Positions 49,401-63,300 of a DNA stretch of 64,000 nucleotides are shown piece after piece (position 1 is the stretch's first letter; each line of letters starts with the position of its first letter). The DNA lies in assembly GCA_965153285.1 (NCBI GenBank), contig OZ229115.1; one strand, written 5' to 3'. This stretch comes from Podarcis tiliguerta (taxonomy: Eukaryota). The notes under the pieces are model-generated. The model saw only the letters and a list, made by a program, of their open reading frames with translations, made no database searches and was not told the DNA's origin. Made by a program: the position numbers and the translations under genes.

Positions 49401-52400
49401 ACTTGAGAAGCCGTGGGCCATGAGGAAGGAGCACACACTTTGTCCTTCTGACACTAGAACTGTTCCCGTTTCAGATTGAGGGAGGGAACAGTCCACACTT
49501 TTAGGGGTGAGCCAACAAGTGGTGTGTTATGGAAGGATTTACATGCATACATACATTTGCTGAACTTATTCTTTCTAGAGGCATATTTGCCCAGGATTTT
49601 CAAGTTTGTGCCTTAATATGGTATTTGTCAACATTTCGAGGACCCAACTAAGTTTCTAAGTCCATAGTGGTACCAAAACCGTGACCCACCTTAGATCAGG
49701 TTGATACCTAGTAATGGGTCTCAACTCACCACTTAAAGACTCAGTGGTTTATGGCTTGTGTGTGTGTGTTCAGATGACCTCATATACAAATTACAGGAGT
49801 TGTGTTCTTTTTTTGGAAGACATACCGTTAAATGGGCTCCATATTCCTAAACTGAACTGGAATCACTCTTACTGATTGTTATACTGTGTAATTTTTCTGT
49901 CTCCCACAAGCATTACTTATTTTCTCTCATTCACACACTCCATTGTTTGGGTACTGTGCCATCCTGCCTTATCAAAATATTTTTCATTTTGGCATGTTAG
50001 AAAAGTGACAGCTGGGTCAGAGATGCAGACATGAATAGACATAAGGAAGGGCCAGGATCTGTGTGGTGAATAAACGCCTCTCCCAGGATCTGCTCCCTTT
50101 TGTTTCCTAATCTTCAGCATAAAACGGCCATAACCATGTGCTCTGTCTGAGTGTGACCAGCCCCTTCCCCCAACCCGAGCAAAGACTGAAGTCTCTTCTT
50201 CTAAATAACCTTTTACGTTGCTGGACCTGCACCCTAAGAGTTCCATGCATTAGTCTGCCTTGGATCTCAGTGCTGCTATTTCCCAGTGTCTAGTTACAGA
50301 TCTGTCTGTAATACTTATCTGTTCCTTTATTGTCTGTGTTGCTTAGCTCCCCTTAATCTCTGTCAGAATGCAAAAAATCTGTGTGTCCGGTTTCAGTGTT
50401 GCTCACAGTACTTTTAATAACTTTGTGTTCCCTTTGATTTCAGTTATCAGAAACTGCACGGCTGGGTTTTCCTGTATCATGCTCAGTGGCAGGCTCATAA
50501 TGGATTGTTTCTCCAAAGAGATGATGCAGTAGCTGAATTTGCCTAGTTCTCCCTGAATATCCTTTTTCATTTGTTTTTGTTTTGTTATTGGCCCTACAAC
50601 TTCAGGAGATACATTTTGTTCACTTGCTAATGGTTTGTACACACTGGCTCCTTGGTAGTTACAAATCTTGGTAGTTACAAAATTAACTATATACCAAATA
50701 AATCTGCAGGTTATACAAAGATTATTTGATTGCTTGATCGACTGTGAAAGCAAACCCCCACATAGTATAAGCAGAATAAGAGCTTATGTAGATCTTGTTG
50801 CTGATAGAAGGTTAGATACTCTATTCTAATTAAAATAAATTCCAGCAGCATAATATAGAACAGAATAAGAGATGTTGGTGGTCTGTAGGAAAAGAGCCGT
50901 AGATATAAGTAGATATGTGACCTGAGTATGTTTTCCTTCATGGCTGTATGATTCTCATGCCTAGAACACTTTTATTCTCAAAATATTAACAGATTTTGTC
51001 TTCAATATTTAACAAAACCTTTCTCTGAATTATACCCTTTTATTTTTAAAGCCAAATCTGGAGTTTTGAGGAATCTGAAAGACAACACCTGATTCTCTGC
51101 TGGAAGCTTGCAGCAGTACAATAAGCCATTGTGTCTCAGGATAACAGTGGCCTATTGGTTTAGACTGAGGTCTCAAGAGTCCATGGAATCTCCAGTTTGA
51201 ATCAAGCAGGCAGTTTCCCTCCTTTTAAACATATTATGCACGTGCCTCATCCCTGATTGGCATGACCACACAAAAAGGCCATTTGTAGTTGTTTGCACAT
51301 GCACATCTAGAACTAGTACTGTGGCATTTTTTCAAGTGTCAACATTGGGCCTGCTACACTGGGCCCAAATTCAGATACATTTGCTGCACAGCGTCCTGCA
51401 CTCTGGGGGAGCAGTCGATGGAGCACAGCTGCTGATGGGCTGCATTCCAGATGTTTGCAGTCTCCTGCGTGATTTACTTACACTACAGTTTGCCTAATGA
51501 TGTTGAATTCTCGGGAATGACAGTTACTGTGGTCTCCATTTGTACTCTGGGGCTGTTGTGCATGATCATATGAACTATAAAGGAGATTATTCCAGAATGC
51601 AACACTTGTGGATTATGGTTTATATCTCTAGATATAGCCAGTAGGGAACTTTTTTGAACATGAGAGCCATTTAATTTAATGAAGAGAGGTTGCATGCTAG
51701 TAGTGGATTGAGCAGAGGCGCAAAGTGAATGACGCAACATATAAGACCTTCGTACAGAGGCCTACATTCCAGCCATGAAAAAACTAATAGGTTTCTACAC
51801 CCGCACCCCCCTACCTTTCCATCTGCTGCTGCATTATCACACTCCAGCCAGGCAAAACCACCTGAGAAGGGTGCAGAGCAGGGCTGGTGTGGGTGTGGCC
51901 TGGGGAGAGGGGATATAGTCTAAGGATAATGCTAAGGGCTCATGGGGCATATTTGCCTCCTGGACCTGAGGTCCCCAACCTGATGTATAACACTTAGTAG
52001 AAAGAATCAACTGGATTTCAACTGTGTCTGAAGTTTGTTGGTCTTGGTTAGTAAGCTGCAGTTGTCAACCATATTAATGCACTTGACCATATTCCTCAGG
52101 ATTCAATTTTTTTAAGTCACCCCCTCACCCACATTCACATTGTGTATCTGCTAGTAAATTAATTGGTTCCAGGAATGTTAGCATGGTTGCGTGTGTGAGG
52201 TCACATAGAACATATATGTCTAAGTATTGTAATAATAGAAATCAATATTTTGTAACTGTGCTGCTCAGATCTGAAGATAGGTACCTCTGATGCCATAATT
52301 TCACTTTGCAGTGAATATTCTGTGAGAAATGAAAGTAATCTGAATCTTAGTTATCTGACAGAACTGCTTCCTCAAAGGCACCATGCGTCATCTCAGTTCA

Positions 52401-52827
52401 ACATAGCTCTTTTAAGCCTCATTCCATTGTAAAAACATATAATCATGTTTTAATAGAAATCTTACTGTACTAAGTTGGACCAAAAGTCCCTTTTACCCTG
52501 TAGTGGCTGCATTTTCTGGCAGCTGCTTTTCATGATCACTCAGGCAAATACATTTCCCAGCTCGGCTACTATTTCTTTTACCAGGATACTAGAAACTGAG
52601 CTCATGGCAACTATTGAACACATTCAGGTCTATGAATATCATTTGGTGCTTTAATAGAATACCTTAAAGAGATTTGTTTGGCAGGTATTGTTTTGTATTA
52701 ATGTTTTACAAATGCATAGCAGAATATCAGCCCTGCTTCTCCACAATGGGAGAAGCAGTGACCATGGAGGGATTGTATTCTGTGGCCTTGGCAGTGTGTG
52801 TGTGATCAAATGATTCCTATTCTGGAG

Positions 52828-53011
52828 CAGAGCTTTCCAAACTGTGTGTTGTGACACGTTAGTGTGTCACACGAATGCTCCCTGTGCTCCACCTGGGGAT
52901 GGAAAGGGGTTAGTTGAACCTCCGGTTTGTTAGTAAAACTGAATTACTGTGTCACAAAACAATGCATGTCTAAAAAGTGTGTCACCAACATGAAAAGTTT
53001 GGAAAGCTCTG
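52828..53011. mobile_element. hAT-type MITE
   Basis: Perfect 16-bp TIR cagagctttccaaact / agtttggaaagctctg, 8-bp TSD ttctggag / ttctagag, and subterminal gtgtgtc repeats. Confidence 0.9.
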
Positions 53012-54208
53012 TTCTAGAGCCTCAGCACATTTTAGGCTTCCCAAGGGACACTGATACTGCCTTTCAACCATGGACCATGGCTTGGGTGCTTCAACAATAG
53101 GGACTATTACCAGTCTCCTACAAGACCGTACTTCTCTTTTCCCCTCCCTGTACCTGGCTGCAGAGCTGAAATAGGTTGTTTTGGTCCCCTACTTCTTTTA
53201 TCCATTCCTGGTGATGGACATGAGCATGTGGTCTGGGCCTTTAGCCAGATATGCATTACAGCATTTTTTAAAAAAAAAACCAACCCATGTGATACCAAAA
53301 GTGGTGACTTTAGTTTTGCTTTAGTGACTTTTGTTCAAGTTCCCAGCTTTGTGGAATTGCATTCTTAACACCTCCTGTCCAGAAGGCTAGCATCTAAGAT
53401 GTTTGGTGCTCTTGGAAAGATCAGTACTGCAGTGTTGTTGTTTTTAAAGCTTTTTGCTGTGATAACCTGTTTGTTGGGATGGTATCTTTTCATATTTGTG
53501 AAGAAGACAAAGGAAGTACAGTGCGAAGCACTGAACAGTTTTTAAAAACAGTTGGAAAGCATATAAAAGGTTCTGTGTGTGTGAAAAACAGGACAGCTGT
53601 GATGGTCTATTGGGAAAGTATGTACAGATGGTGGTAGGGAGGAGAATGATGACGGCATGGCTGATAAATGAAATACCAAAGAAAGAGAGAGAGAGAATAT
53701 GCATTATGTTTGTGATCTTTGTAAACAATATATTTTTGGGGTAGATCAGTAGAATTTTTGGTCTGCCAACCATTTAGCCAGGAAGTAAAACTGTCTGCAC
53801 GTTTTTTTCAGGTCTGGTTTTGTTTACAAGATGAAGATAGTGTTTAATAAATTGTATGCCTTGTAATTATTAGAGGAGAAAAGTAAACATATGGTTTTCT
53901 TCACATTTAGAATGTCATGAGATTGTCATAATGGTGTCCATAGTCCTCCAAATAAAATTGGCCGTGAATTAGTCACAGTAACGTGGGATTTTTGTGAAAC
54001 AGATTTGTTTGTTTTGTATTGCAAATAATGGAAAAGATGAATTAAATTTGTATTTGGCTAATAGTGATACTAGAATTTTGAAAAAGAAAGGATTTTTAAA
54101 ATAATGAAATCTCTAAAATATTTTATTATTATTATTTAAAATATTTCTCTCCCATCTTTCTAGAAATGTACACATGACGATTATATATGAAAATTACATG
54201 CATGTGAA

Positions 54209-54246
54209 ATGTATATATATATATGTGTGTGTGTGTGTGCGCGCGC
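54209..54246. repeat. (TA)n(TG)n(CG)n alternating purine-pyrimidine tract
   Basis: Direct reading. Confidence 0.9.
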
Positions 54247-54966
54247 TACAATATAAACTATTGTTTGTACCTCATTCAAAATACCACCTCTGGGACTGAG
54301 TCAGGATAAAAGGAAAGTTGGCTAATGAAGAAAGAGAGAGAAAGTTGCATGGGTTCCAATTCTTTACATATATTTTTAAAAGGACACCTTACCCTACCCA
54401 GATGCTGTGAGGACTGTATCTACAAGATGGCCAGGTGCTCAATATTGTCCTGCCCATTCATGAAGATCTTTAAACTTTTCTCTCCTTTAGTTGTAAGTCA
54501 CTGGCAGGGGTCTATTGTATATTGTGTAGAATAATTGCAGACATCTCAGAAAACAATAGTAAGTACCACTAGACTTTTCTCAGAAATGGCATAAAGCTTC
54601 TGTCCTAATGCCCTTTTGTTGACCTTGCCTGACTCCACAATTTCAATTATCAGTTGGTCTACATGTGTATTGACAAAGTTCAAAAATGGGTTATATATTG
54701 CTAATTAAGATGTTGATTGTCACACAGTCATTCTCCTGATCAGCCAATCAATGCATATATTTGTATATTGCTTTTCCATATGAAAAATTCACTCATGGCA
54801 GTTCACAGCAAAAGTAAAACCCTATGCCACCTCCAAGGGTTGGGGAAAACCCCAGGACAGTATTCTTTGCTTGTGAGTTATGGACTCAAGATCAGGCCTG
54901 GATGGTTTCTTGCTTATATATTTTTATCCCTTCTAATAATTATTTTGCTTTGCTAGCTTTTGAAAC

Positions 54967-55025
54967 AGAAGGTTGAACTAGATGGCCCCCATGGTCCCTT
55001 CTAACTCTACAATTCTACGGTTCTA
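54967..55025 (+). mobile_element. CR1-type 3' tail fragment
   Basis: ggttgaactagatggccccc...ggtcccttctaactctacaattctacggttcta. Confidence 0.6.
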
Positions 55026-56272
55026 AGTCTTGTGCATTGCAAGCCTTTGAACGTTTGCTTAGAAAAGGGATAGCCAACATGTGCTGTCCATATGTTTTGG
55101 CCTACAGCTCCCATCAGCCTCTGCCAGCATGCCAATGAGCAGGAACAATGGGAACTGTAGTCCATAAATCTGAAGGCACCACCTTGGCCACCTGTCTTAG
55201 AAGTAATCACCCATTGATTTCCATGATCAGTTGTGTATAGGATTTAAGCCTCCATTTTTGTTAGCAAATGCATAGTTAGTCCTATTTTATAATAGCATAT
55301 TTTCAGCTAGGCAGGAAAAACAGAATTTTCCCCGTAGTCCAAAACAAAATCACTGCAGACGGTCTTTCTTCAGTTCTCCTTTTCAGTCCATTACTTGGTG
55401 CCTCTGTGCACAGTTGCAGATATGATCAGCAGATGAAAGCATTTTCCTTAATAATAAATAGGCTCTAGTTACGCTGCACCTTTCTACAAACAAACATTCT
55501 GTCCTACCGCATTATGAGATCCAGTGATGTCATCTTATTTGTCTTCTGTTTCCTCTCTGTGTTTTGCTTCAGAGTGAGTTGCTCTACAATAGCATATTTC
55601 CAGCCCCCTGCCTTACACCTGGAGATTGATTGCTTTTGTTTTAGATTGGAACGCATCCAGAATTGCATAGCCTTGCCTGCCAACATGGCAGTTCAATATA
55701 CTAATGCATCAGCTTTAATGTTTTGACTTTCTGATCTCTGGTACTTTGAGTTCAAGTCAGAGATATGTGCAAATTCAGAGCAAGATGCTGAGTTTCAGTT
55801 ATGGAGGGTCTAATTTTCCCGCTAACTTTATGGTTCATATGCAAAAAAGTGCACATAGGATAAAAAATATTTTCTTAGCCCATGAAAGTTGGGTTTTAAA
55901 ATGTCAGTCTGGTAGGTAGGCTAAATGGGATGAATGATGTAGCTGTTCCACACGTCACGGTTTTACTATTCATTCTGCATCAGTCAGCCAGTCCTACTTG
56001 TGCAAATGGAAAATGAAACAAGTTCTTAACAGCAGGGATGAGGAAACTGTGGTGTTCGACTTTATCTTGCATTAGCCTCAGCCAACAGTCAGGAATGATG
56101 GGAATTATAGTTCAGCGAAATCTGGAGGGCCACAGGATACCCACGTCTAAAAGAATAACCTGTCCACTGGAGTGTCATATGAACCGTCATTTATTACAAT
56201 TTGCCTTTGTCCAGAAGCATAAATTAACACACAAATATTTATAAGTTTTCCAAAACTCTTGTCACGATAAAC

Positions 56273-56410
56273 CAAGGATGGGGGATCTGTAGCCCTCCAG
56301 ATGTTGGACTACAGTTTCCAGCATCCCTGACCATTGGCCATGCTGCTTCTGCCTGAGGTTGTTGGGAGTTCAAGTCTAGCATTTGTAGGGCCACAGGTTG
56401 CCCATTCTTC
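56273..56410. mobile_element. Older palindromic MITE of the ccctccagatgtt-ggactacaactccc class
   Basis: gccctccagatgttggactacagtttccagcatccctgaccattggccatgctg...agggccacaggtt. Similar decayed copies at ~2975-3110, 16630-16730, 21497-21597, 39929-40053, 46070-46180, 55067-55197 and 56030-56145. Confidence 0.65.
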
Positions 56411-56626
56411 TAATGAACGTAGGTGCAGTCCACGTAAGTTCCCTGAAGACAACTATGAAACAATGGGATTGCATGTTTAGATAATACTTCTGTCTGTTTA
56501 TAAAGTCCTCATTATTCTTATATGCAGTTAAGGTGAAGTGCAACTGTTATCTTTTTATGGAGCTGAAAAACATCTATCCTTTTGCATTTTTTTAGAACAG
56601 TTAAAGTGAGGGAACATCCAATAATA

Positions 56627-56762
56627 CAGGCATGGCCAAACTTGGCCCTCCAGCTGTTTTGGGACTACAACTCCCATCATCCCTAGCTAACAGGACCAGT
56701 GGTCAGGGATGATGGGAATTGTAGTCCCAGAACAGCTGGGGGCCCAAGTTTGGCCATGTCTG
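56627..56762. mobile_element. Palindromic hAT-type MITE (young copy)
   Basis: Near-perfect ~58-bp inverted arms caggcatggccaaacttgg...gggactacaactcccatcatccct / agggatgatgggaattgtagtccc...ccaagtttggccatgtctg. TSD caataata / caataaga. Confidence 0.9.
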
Positions 56763-57512
56763 CAATAAGAGGAACGAGCATTGCAACTGCTGAAAAACTG
56801 TTTATTATTCCAGCACAACAGTTTTCTAAAAGTAAGCTGCAGTTAGAAAGAGGGGTAGAATAAAACAACCAATAAAATAGTGAGAAAGAATAATTACTCC
56901 CTACAAATTTGTTCCAAATATCTGTTACAAAATATTACCAAGGTTGTGTAGAAGAAGCATTGTGATTTTTTAAACTCAAGCAGGTCTTAGATCATTTATT
57001 TTTATTACAGAACAGCCCCATCAATTAATTTTAACTTCAGCAAAGAAAATATTCCAGTATTTTTTGTAATTTATTTTGTACTGAATAAGCTTTAACATTG
57101 TTTGGTAGACACAAAACTCTTTGGGACATATAATGGTTTATTCAAACAATATTTTGTTACTAGTCCATATTAGTTTGTGGCTGATAGCCAAAGTTCTAAA
57201 ATGCTTCTAGCTAAGGTCTGGTCTATGATACAGCAGAAAGTGATTCAGCTACAAACTGAAGGTGAGAGTTGTTGTTGAATGTTCCCCATATAAACAGTTT
57301 TCTGCAGTTAGAAAACTAGCATAGTTGGGAGTGCACTGTGATAGAACCCTGCTCCTTTACATACTAATTTGTTGCAGGGAATTTCACACATAAGGAAGCA
57401 TTAAAAATGGTCTATCTTCTTCAGGTAAAATGATACTATCATGTCATCTGCTGCATGTGAAAACCACATCTCGAATTATCATACACTGATGCGTAAGAGA
57501 TAGATTAGATTT

Positions 57513-57596
57513 AGTGGAAGACAGGAGTGCCTGGTGTGCTCTGGTCCAAGGGGTCACAAAGAGTCGGACACGACTAAACGACTAAACAACAACAAC
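57513..57596 (+). mobile_element. Bov-B/RTE LINE 3' tail fragment
   Basis: gtggaagacaggagtgcctgg...ggggtcacaaagagtcggacacgactaaacgactaaacaacaacaac: typical Bov-B 3' stem-loop plus (CAA)n tail. Confidence 0.8.
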
Positions 57597-57750
57597 ATGC
57601 AGGTTTAATTTGTCTCACTGTACTAACTAAATTTATGTCTTGACCTTCAAAATGTTTCTGAACAAGGGAAGATATCTAGTCCTTTGTAGGTGGGAATATG
57701 CCTATTAATATTTAGCTGTGTAGCAGAAATGTTTGTATAGAAAACAATTA

Positions 57751-57959
57751 CAGTGGTACCTCGGGTTACAGACGCTTCAGGTTACAGACTCCGCTAACCC
57801 AGAAATAGAACTTCGGGTTAAGAACTTTGCTTCAGGGTGAGAACAGAAATTGTGCTCCAGTGGCGCGGAGGTAGCAGGAGGCCTCATTAGCTAAAGTGGT
57901 GCTTCAGGTTAAGAACGGACCTCTGGAACAAATTAAGTACTTAACCCGAGGTACCACTG
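57751..57959 (+). mobile_element. Tc1/mariner MITE, family A
   Basis: TA|cagtggtacctcgggtta...taacccgaggtaccactg|TA (18-bp TIR). Lacks one ttcaggttaagaac repeat unit. Confidence 0.92.
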
Positions 57960-58479
57960 TAAAGCCTAAGGACTGGTTACGTTCCTTAGCATAGTTGCTG
58001 TCAGTTGTTGATTCCCAGAAACATGCCATATCATGTGTGACTAGCTACTGATGAGTGTATTTTGCATTGTATTGGTTCTCTGACTGGAGAGTAATGTTAG
58101 TATGAATCCTGTTCACTCTGGATCTACTCCAGAAATGAGTCGCTGAGGAGGATAGTTATGGTGGCAGCTGGGATGTTCTGCAAAATTATCAAGTGCAGTT
58201 TTCTCTTATAAAGGATCTAGTAGAACTTGTCAACATAATTACAAGGTCATCATCCATAGAACTGTGAAACTGGTTCATAAGCTTAATGGGTTTTAGCCTC
58301 ACACTCCAACGCCACAGTTATAGAGAGTTTCAAAATAAGCTTCTGAGATGTTAGAATCAGTTGTTAAAGGTCAAAAATGTCATTTTACAATACATTTGTG
58401 AGTCTAGCAGCTCTTGGTATCCTGGCCAGGATTTCTCCGATGAATAAGCCACCTTTCTGAAAAATGGGATCCTTCTGGA

Positions 58480-58930
58480 TTAGATGGACCTATCCTGTTG
58501 GATCAGACCAGAGACCCATCTAGTATTCTATTTTCACACTGGCTAACCACATGCCTATGGGAACCCTTTTCCCACTAGTGATCTTCAGCATCTGGTGTTC
58601 AGAGAGATATCTCTCTTCTAATGTTGAAGGTAGTATCCAACCATGATGATTAGTAGTCATTGACTGCCTTATTATCAATGAAGTTGTCTAAACCCCTTTG
58701 AAAGCTGGTGGCCATAGATGTATCTGGTGTTAGTGAACTCCACTTTCGTTTTGTCTGCCCTCAATTTTCCAGCACTCATATTCATTTAATGTCCCCAGGT
58801 TTTTGTATTAGGGGGGAGGAAAATCTGCTCTCTATCTATTTTTTCATGCTGTTCGTAATTTTATACAGATTCATCTTCTCCTCACTGTTTTTTCTAAATT
58901 AAAAAGGACTCAACTGTACTTTTGTTCATC
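58480..58930 (-). mobile_element. CR1 LINE 3' region, degenerate
   Basis: ggatcagaccagagacccatctagt...cattgactgccttattatcaatgaagttgtctaaacccctttgaaagc...aattttatacag...ttttctaaattaaaaag is the typical antisense CR1 ORF2 end/3'UTR. Confidence 0.65.
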
Positions 58931-60266
58931 CTGTGAAAGAGTGGAAGTGGTTAGTCTTTTAAAAAAGAAAAAGAAAGTGGGGTGTAAAATACCAGAATAG
59001 TGATTACCATGTGTATAATTTGTGGTGTTGTAATCTGAAGGTAACTTTGAATATATGGTCTCTGCCATGCATGTTCTGCTGCAGAAATAATAGCATTGAC
59101 TGTTGATGGAGGTCTTGCCTTCCAAGGAGCTTAATGGGAGAGTGGAATGAGGTGGATTTGGCATGCTACTTATTTGGATAATCAGAAGTTTTATACAAAC
59201 CAGAAGTGCTGCTTGCATAGTGTACATAGGCTGACATACTGGGAAATGCCTTGTGAATTCAGATAATGTAAGCATTTTGGGCAATCACATTTTTGACGAC
59301 AGATGCATTTCTGCAGTTGAATAGCTGGTGCAAGGAAAAACATGGTGTGGATGTTATATGGCTGTTCTCTCTAAACCACAAATTTTTCACCATCTAGTTC
59401 ACCAAAGATAAAGGCAAGCAATGGTTTTAGACCAAAGTAATGTTAGTGTTAGCTTAAACGTTAGGAGGAGCTTCCTGATCACTTTAACTATTGAATAGGC
59501 TGCTAAGCAAGGCATTTTGTGGAAGTCTTTCATATGAACCTCAATTGAGGCTGAAGAGAAGAAGAGAAAAGGTATTTGGCATTCAAGTCTCAGAGGAAGA
59601 GACATCTTGCAAGAATTGGACAAGTTGGACTGCTCCCTTGAGGCCTTTTCTGCCCTGCCAATGGAGAATTGCTTCACAATTACCTTATGATGAAATCAGT
59701 TATGGGGGGCTGGACTGTTTTATCTGTTAAGGAAGCCTGAAAAAGTGGGCTTCTTCATCTCATAATGTCAAGGGAGCTAATTCCTTGTCAGATCCAGTCA
59801 TACACACCATCTCACAGGTGCAGCCAGACAGTTGTTTGATTGTACCTATGTAAAAGTGAGTATAATTTAACTTTTGATTAACTACTTTCATACATCAGTG
59901 CACACACGTAACATACATATAGCATTTTTGAGAGAACTATATGAAGACAGTTAATGTTCACTTCCTCTTCAGGAATGAAACATGGAATTATATATCAAGT
60001 ATTGATCCACAAAAAGGATTTTCATTTTATTCATATTTTAAAAGTGCTTCTAATTGAGGCATGTGGTAATTGAATCTCAACTTTTTTAGAGCCTAAACTT
60101 TTTAGATTCTAACCACAGTTAGCAATCAAAGTGTTTTCTAAAATTATTTTGTTATGTGATACAATAAATCCCACAAAAGGAAGATGAAACAATATGTCTT
60201 AATATATATGTTACTCTTAAATATTCTTACAGTGGAATGCAGTTTAAGGACATTCTTTAGTTGAAC

Positions 60267-60270
<4 letters not shown>

Positions 60271-60298
<28 letters not shown>
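60271..60298. repeat. (AG)n microsatellite
   Basis: Direct reading. Confidence 0.95.
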
Positions 60299-60301
<3 letters not shown>

Positions 60302-63300
60302 GATTTCATTACATTCAGCACAGTATGAGATTAAGTCAAAGTAGTTTTGCTAATTAAATTCAATTGCCATCCATTAGACCAATGGAATGAGATGAATCTA
60401 CTATACAGCTGACACAGCACAGGTATGCAATTTGGCTAAATGGCTATTTCTAAACGACAGCACACACATTTCTCTGCTTGTTCCCTTTTTTAAGAGTTAG
60501 AATTTCTGCACGCACTCTGCCCCTGTTTCTAAAAAAGAAAAAAGAAGAAAAAGGAGCCTGCTGAAGGGCAAAGATATCAGTTTAAATAATCAGTCTCAAA
60601 GGACTATATGATAGCAACGAATCAGCTTGAAAGGGTGTACAAATTTAAGCTTACAAGGTTTGGAGTCAGTGAAAGGGAGACATAGGGTTTCTGGTCCCAT
60701 TGGCTGTTTCTTTTTTTATCATTGATTGATATATGTTTTATTTATTAAAGGGGTCTTAATCGGCCCATAAACTTGCTGGGGCCAGGTTGTTTCTGCTGCA
60801 TTTACCAACCCAGTATTATTAGCTGACTGTTTGCATAATACTGAGAGAAATGATTTCAAATTCAGATAGTAGGCTGACGTTCTTGGCTTAACTTGATGTT
60901 TAAGGACATGCTATATTCCAGGATGAGGAGTTTCTTACTCTGTTGAAATGACAGGAATACCATTCAGGCATTGGCCAAGACAAAATTTTGACAGCCAGCA
61001 AGCCTATAATGTTTCCGAGTGCGCAGATTTACACGTCCTGCCAAGATGAAAATTGGCTAAAACCAAAAAGGATATTGGGGATTGACACTTTAGGAAGAAA
61101 TAACAGAGTAGTACTTTGCATTGGTTTAAGAAATGTGATCCCTTGAACTGTTTTACTTCCTGGAATCCTGTGAGCTAATGTGTAGTAATCAATCCGATTC
61201 CATTGTGAATGCTAACTGCCTGCAACATAGCACAGCGGAAGAAAAGTCAACAGAGTACTTGCACAATACAGCTGGCTATTCCCTACGTTGAAGCTGGATG
61301 CTGTGAAGTCCAAATGTGCATGCTTGGCCCCATCTCCTTGGAACGTTTGCGGGATGGAAGACTGAACCATTGCATCTACAAAATATGAATGCAATTGAGA
61401 GTTATACTGGATTTTCATGTTACCTATTTTTAGAACACAGCAAAGACTTCAGGGCAAAACTAGCACAATATAGCTGCTGGTGGGGAAAGCCCTAATGAAA
61501 GACATTAATTGAAGGGTGCCATTATTTTATAGCAGTTTTTCTTTGATGCTTTCCCTTGACGTAATTGTTATGCTGATATTTGTTGTTGTTCAGTCATGAA
61601 TCTTTTGCATTGGTTATTTGCGGCTCACAGCTTGTGTGTAAACCAAACCACAAGCCCAGACTCAGGAGGTACAGCAAACCAAGGCTTGTGGGTTTGTTGC
61701 TTCTGGCATGGAGCAACCTAGAGCAAGGAGGACTTTTCTGCGTCAGCACACTGCTTGTTCACTTTAAATCATAGATAAACATTAACTATATACTTTAACT
61801 TGAAGTGAGAACCAGGCCTTTGCTGCTCACTGTTTTCCCCGACCGCTCTTCTCTTTCTGAACACTGTTACAAGTTCAGATGAAAACAAGGAACAATATTA
61901 TACATGAAATGCAACAGCAGAATACAGGGGCTGCAGTTCTTTATGGCCCTCAGATTTTGCATCCCATTAAGTACTGACACTATGATTAATTTATCTTAAA
62001 GGGTTACTTTTTGTCAAACAGTGGTGGCGATGGCGGTTGTTAACCCATATTCACTAGTGGTTAAGAGTGTGTACAGCATTTATCAAAACTTTCTGCAGCT
62101 TCTTTCATCTCATTAGCATCTCAATCTCTATTCAGTAGTTGATGTCCGTTACAGCAAGAGTGCTCAGTTCTTGTTTTCAATAAGCTGGTTGTAAAATGTC
62201 AGACTGTCACTTGCAATATAAAAAAGCAAAAATGATGGTATTTGAAAAAAATGTTACACCTCATAAAAACAAATTGTAAAGACATGAAAGTGATCTTGGT
62301 ATGTTTTACTTTTCAGGACAGTTTAGCACAGCTGCTTTAAATACCAGTTGTCTGGATTCCCACACTTCCCTACCAATGGAGAGGTTTACACAAGCATAAT
62401 TTAAGTTACAATTACCCTAATTAACATCTTATTTGCATAAATACTTGAAAGCAGAGCAACAAAGAAATGCCTTAGAAGCTGAACCCCAGTGGAGAAATGT
62501 GTTTTCACTGTGTTTTGGAAAATATAGGCCATTATGTTTAAAGTTTCAGGCATAATAAAATAAACTGAAGTTCGATGGTTAATATTTTTATTACAATTTG
62601 GCCATGCCCCTTTTTACTTACTAGGTGTTAAATTTGAGAGGGAATCTTGCAGGAATTCAAGACACATAAAACTGTCACACTTTTTAAAAAACTATTCAGA
62701 GATGACAGAAGCCTTCTCGTTGATCAAAAATAGCATTAATTTTCTTTTCCTTTTTTTGTATGAGCAAAAATACTGTGGGTGCCAGTCTAGTTCCAATCAT
62801 ATTAAGTGGTTGGACCATGAGAATCATGTTTGAAATCTTTTCTTTCAAAAAATATTCATAGGAACTGAAGCTCAGTATTTAAAATGATAGTACAATGGAG
62901 TTATTTTCTCTTTTCTCAACTCTTAAAGTGAGATGTTTATAGCACTGTAGGCTGGGGCCCACTTTTGATTCTGAAAGTTTTTTCAGACTTCCTGAGGTCA
63001 TTGCAAATACTGAATCCCACCTATCATATATCCATACTCAGAAAAGGCTTTTCCAAAAGCAAAGGATCACAGGATCTGAATTGCAGAAATGAAACAGTTT
63101 GCTGCTTCTGGGGCCAAAAACATTAATTTTAAGTGTGACTTTAAATTTATAAAACTTGAAGAATACAATTGGAAGTAGGTGCAGATGAAAAATGCTAATT
63201 TTGAACTTCAGTGGAACCTCCGTCTTGTACATTTATATTTTGTGATTATTTCTTGAGTTAGCTGGTGGTACTTCTGATTTTTCTTATTTTATATTGCTGA

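Noticed and set aside
56627-56762. miRNA precursor call
   Set aside because: The hairpin is fully explained by a MITE with TIRs and an 8-bp TSD. No known miRNA sequence recognised.
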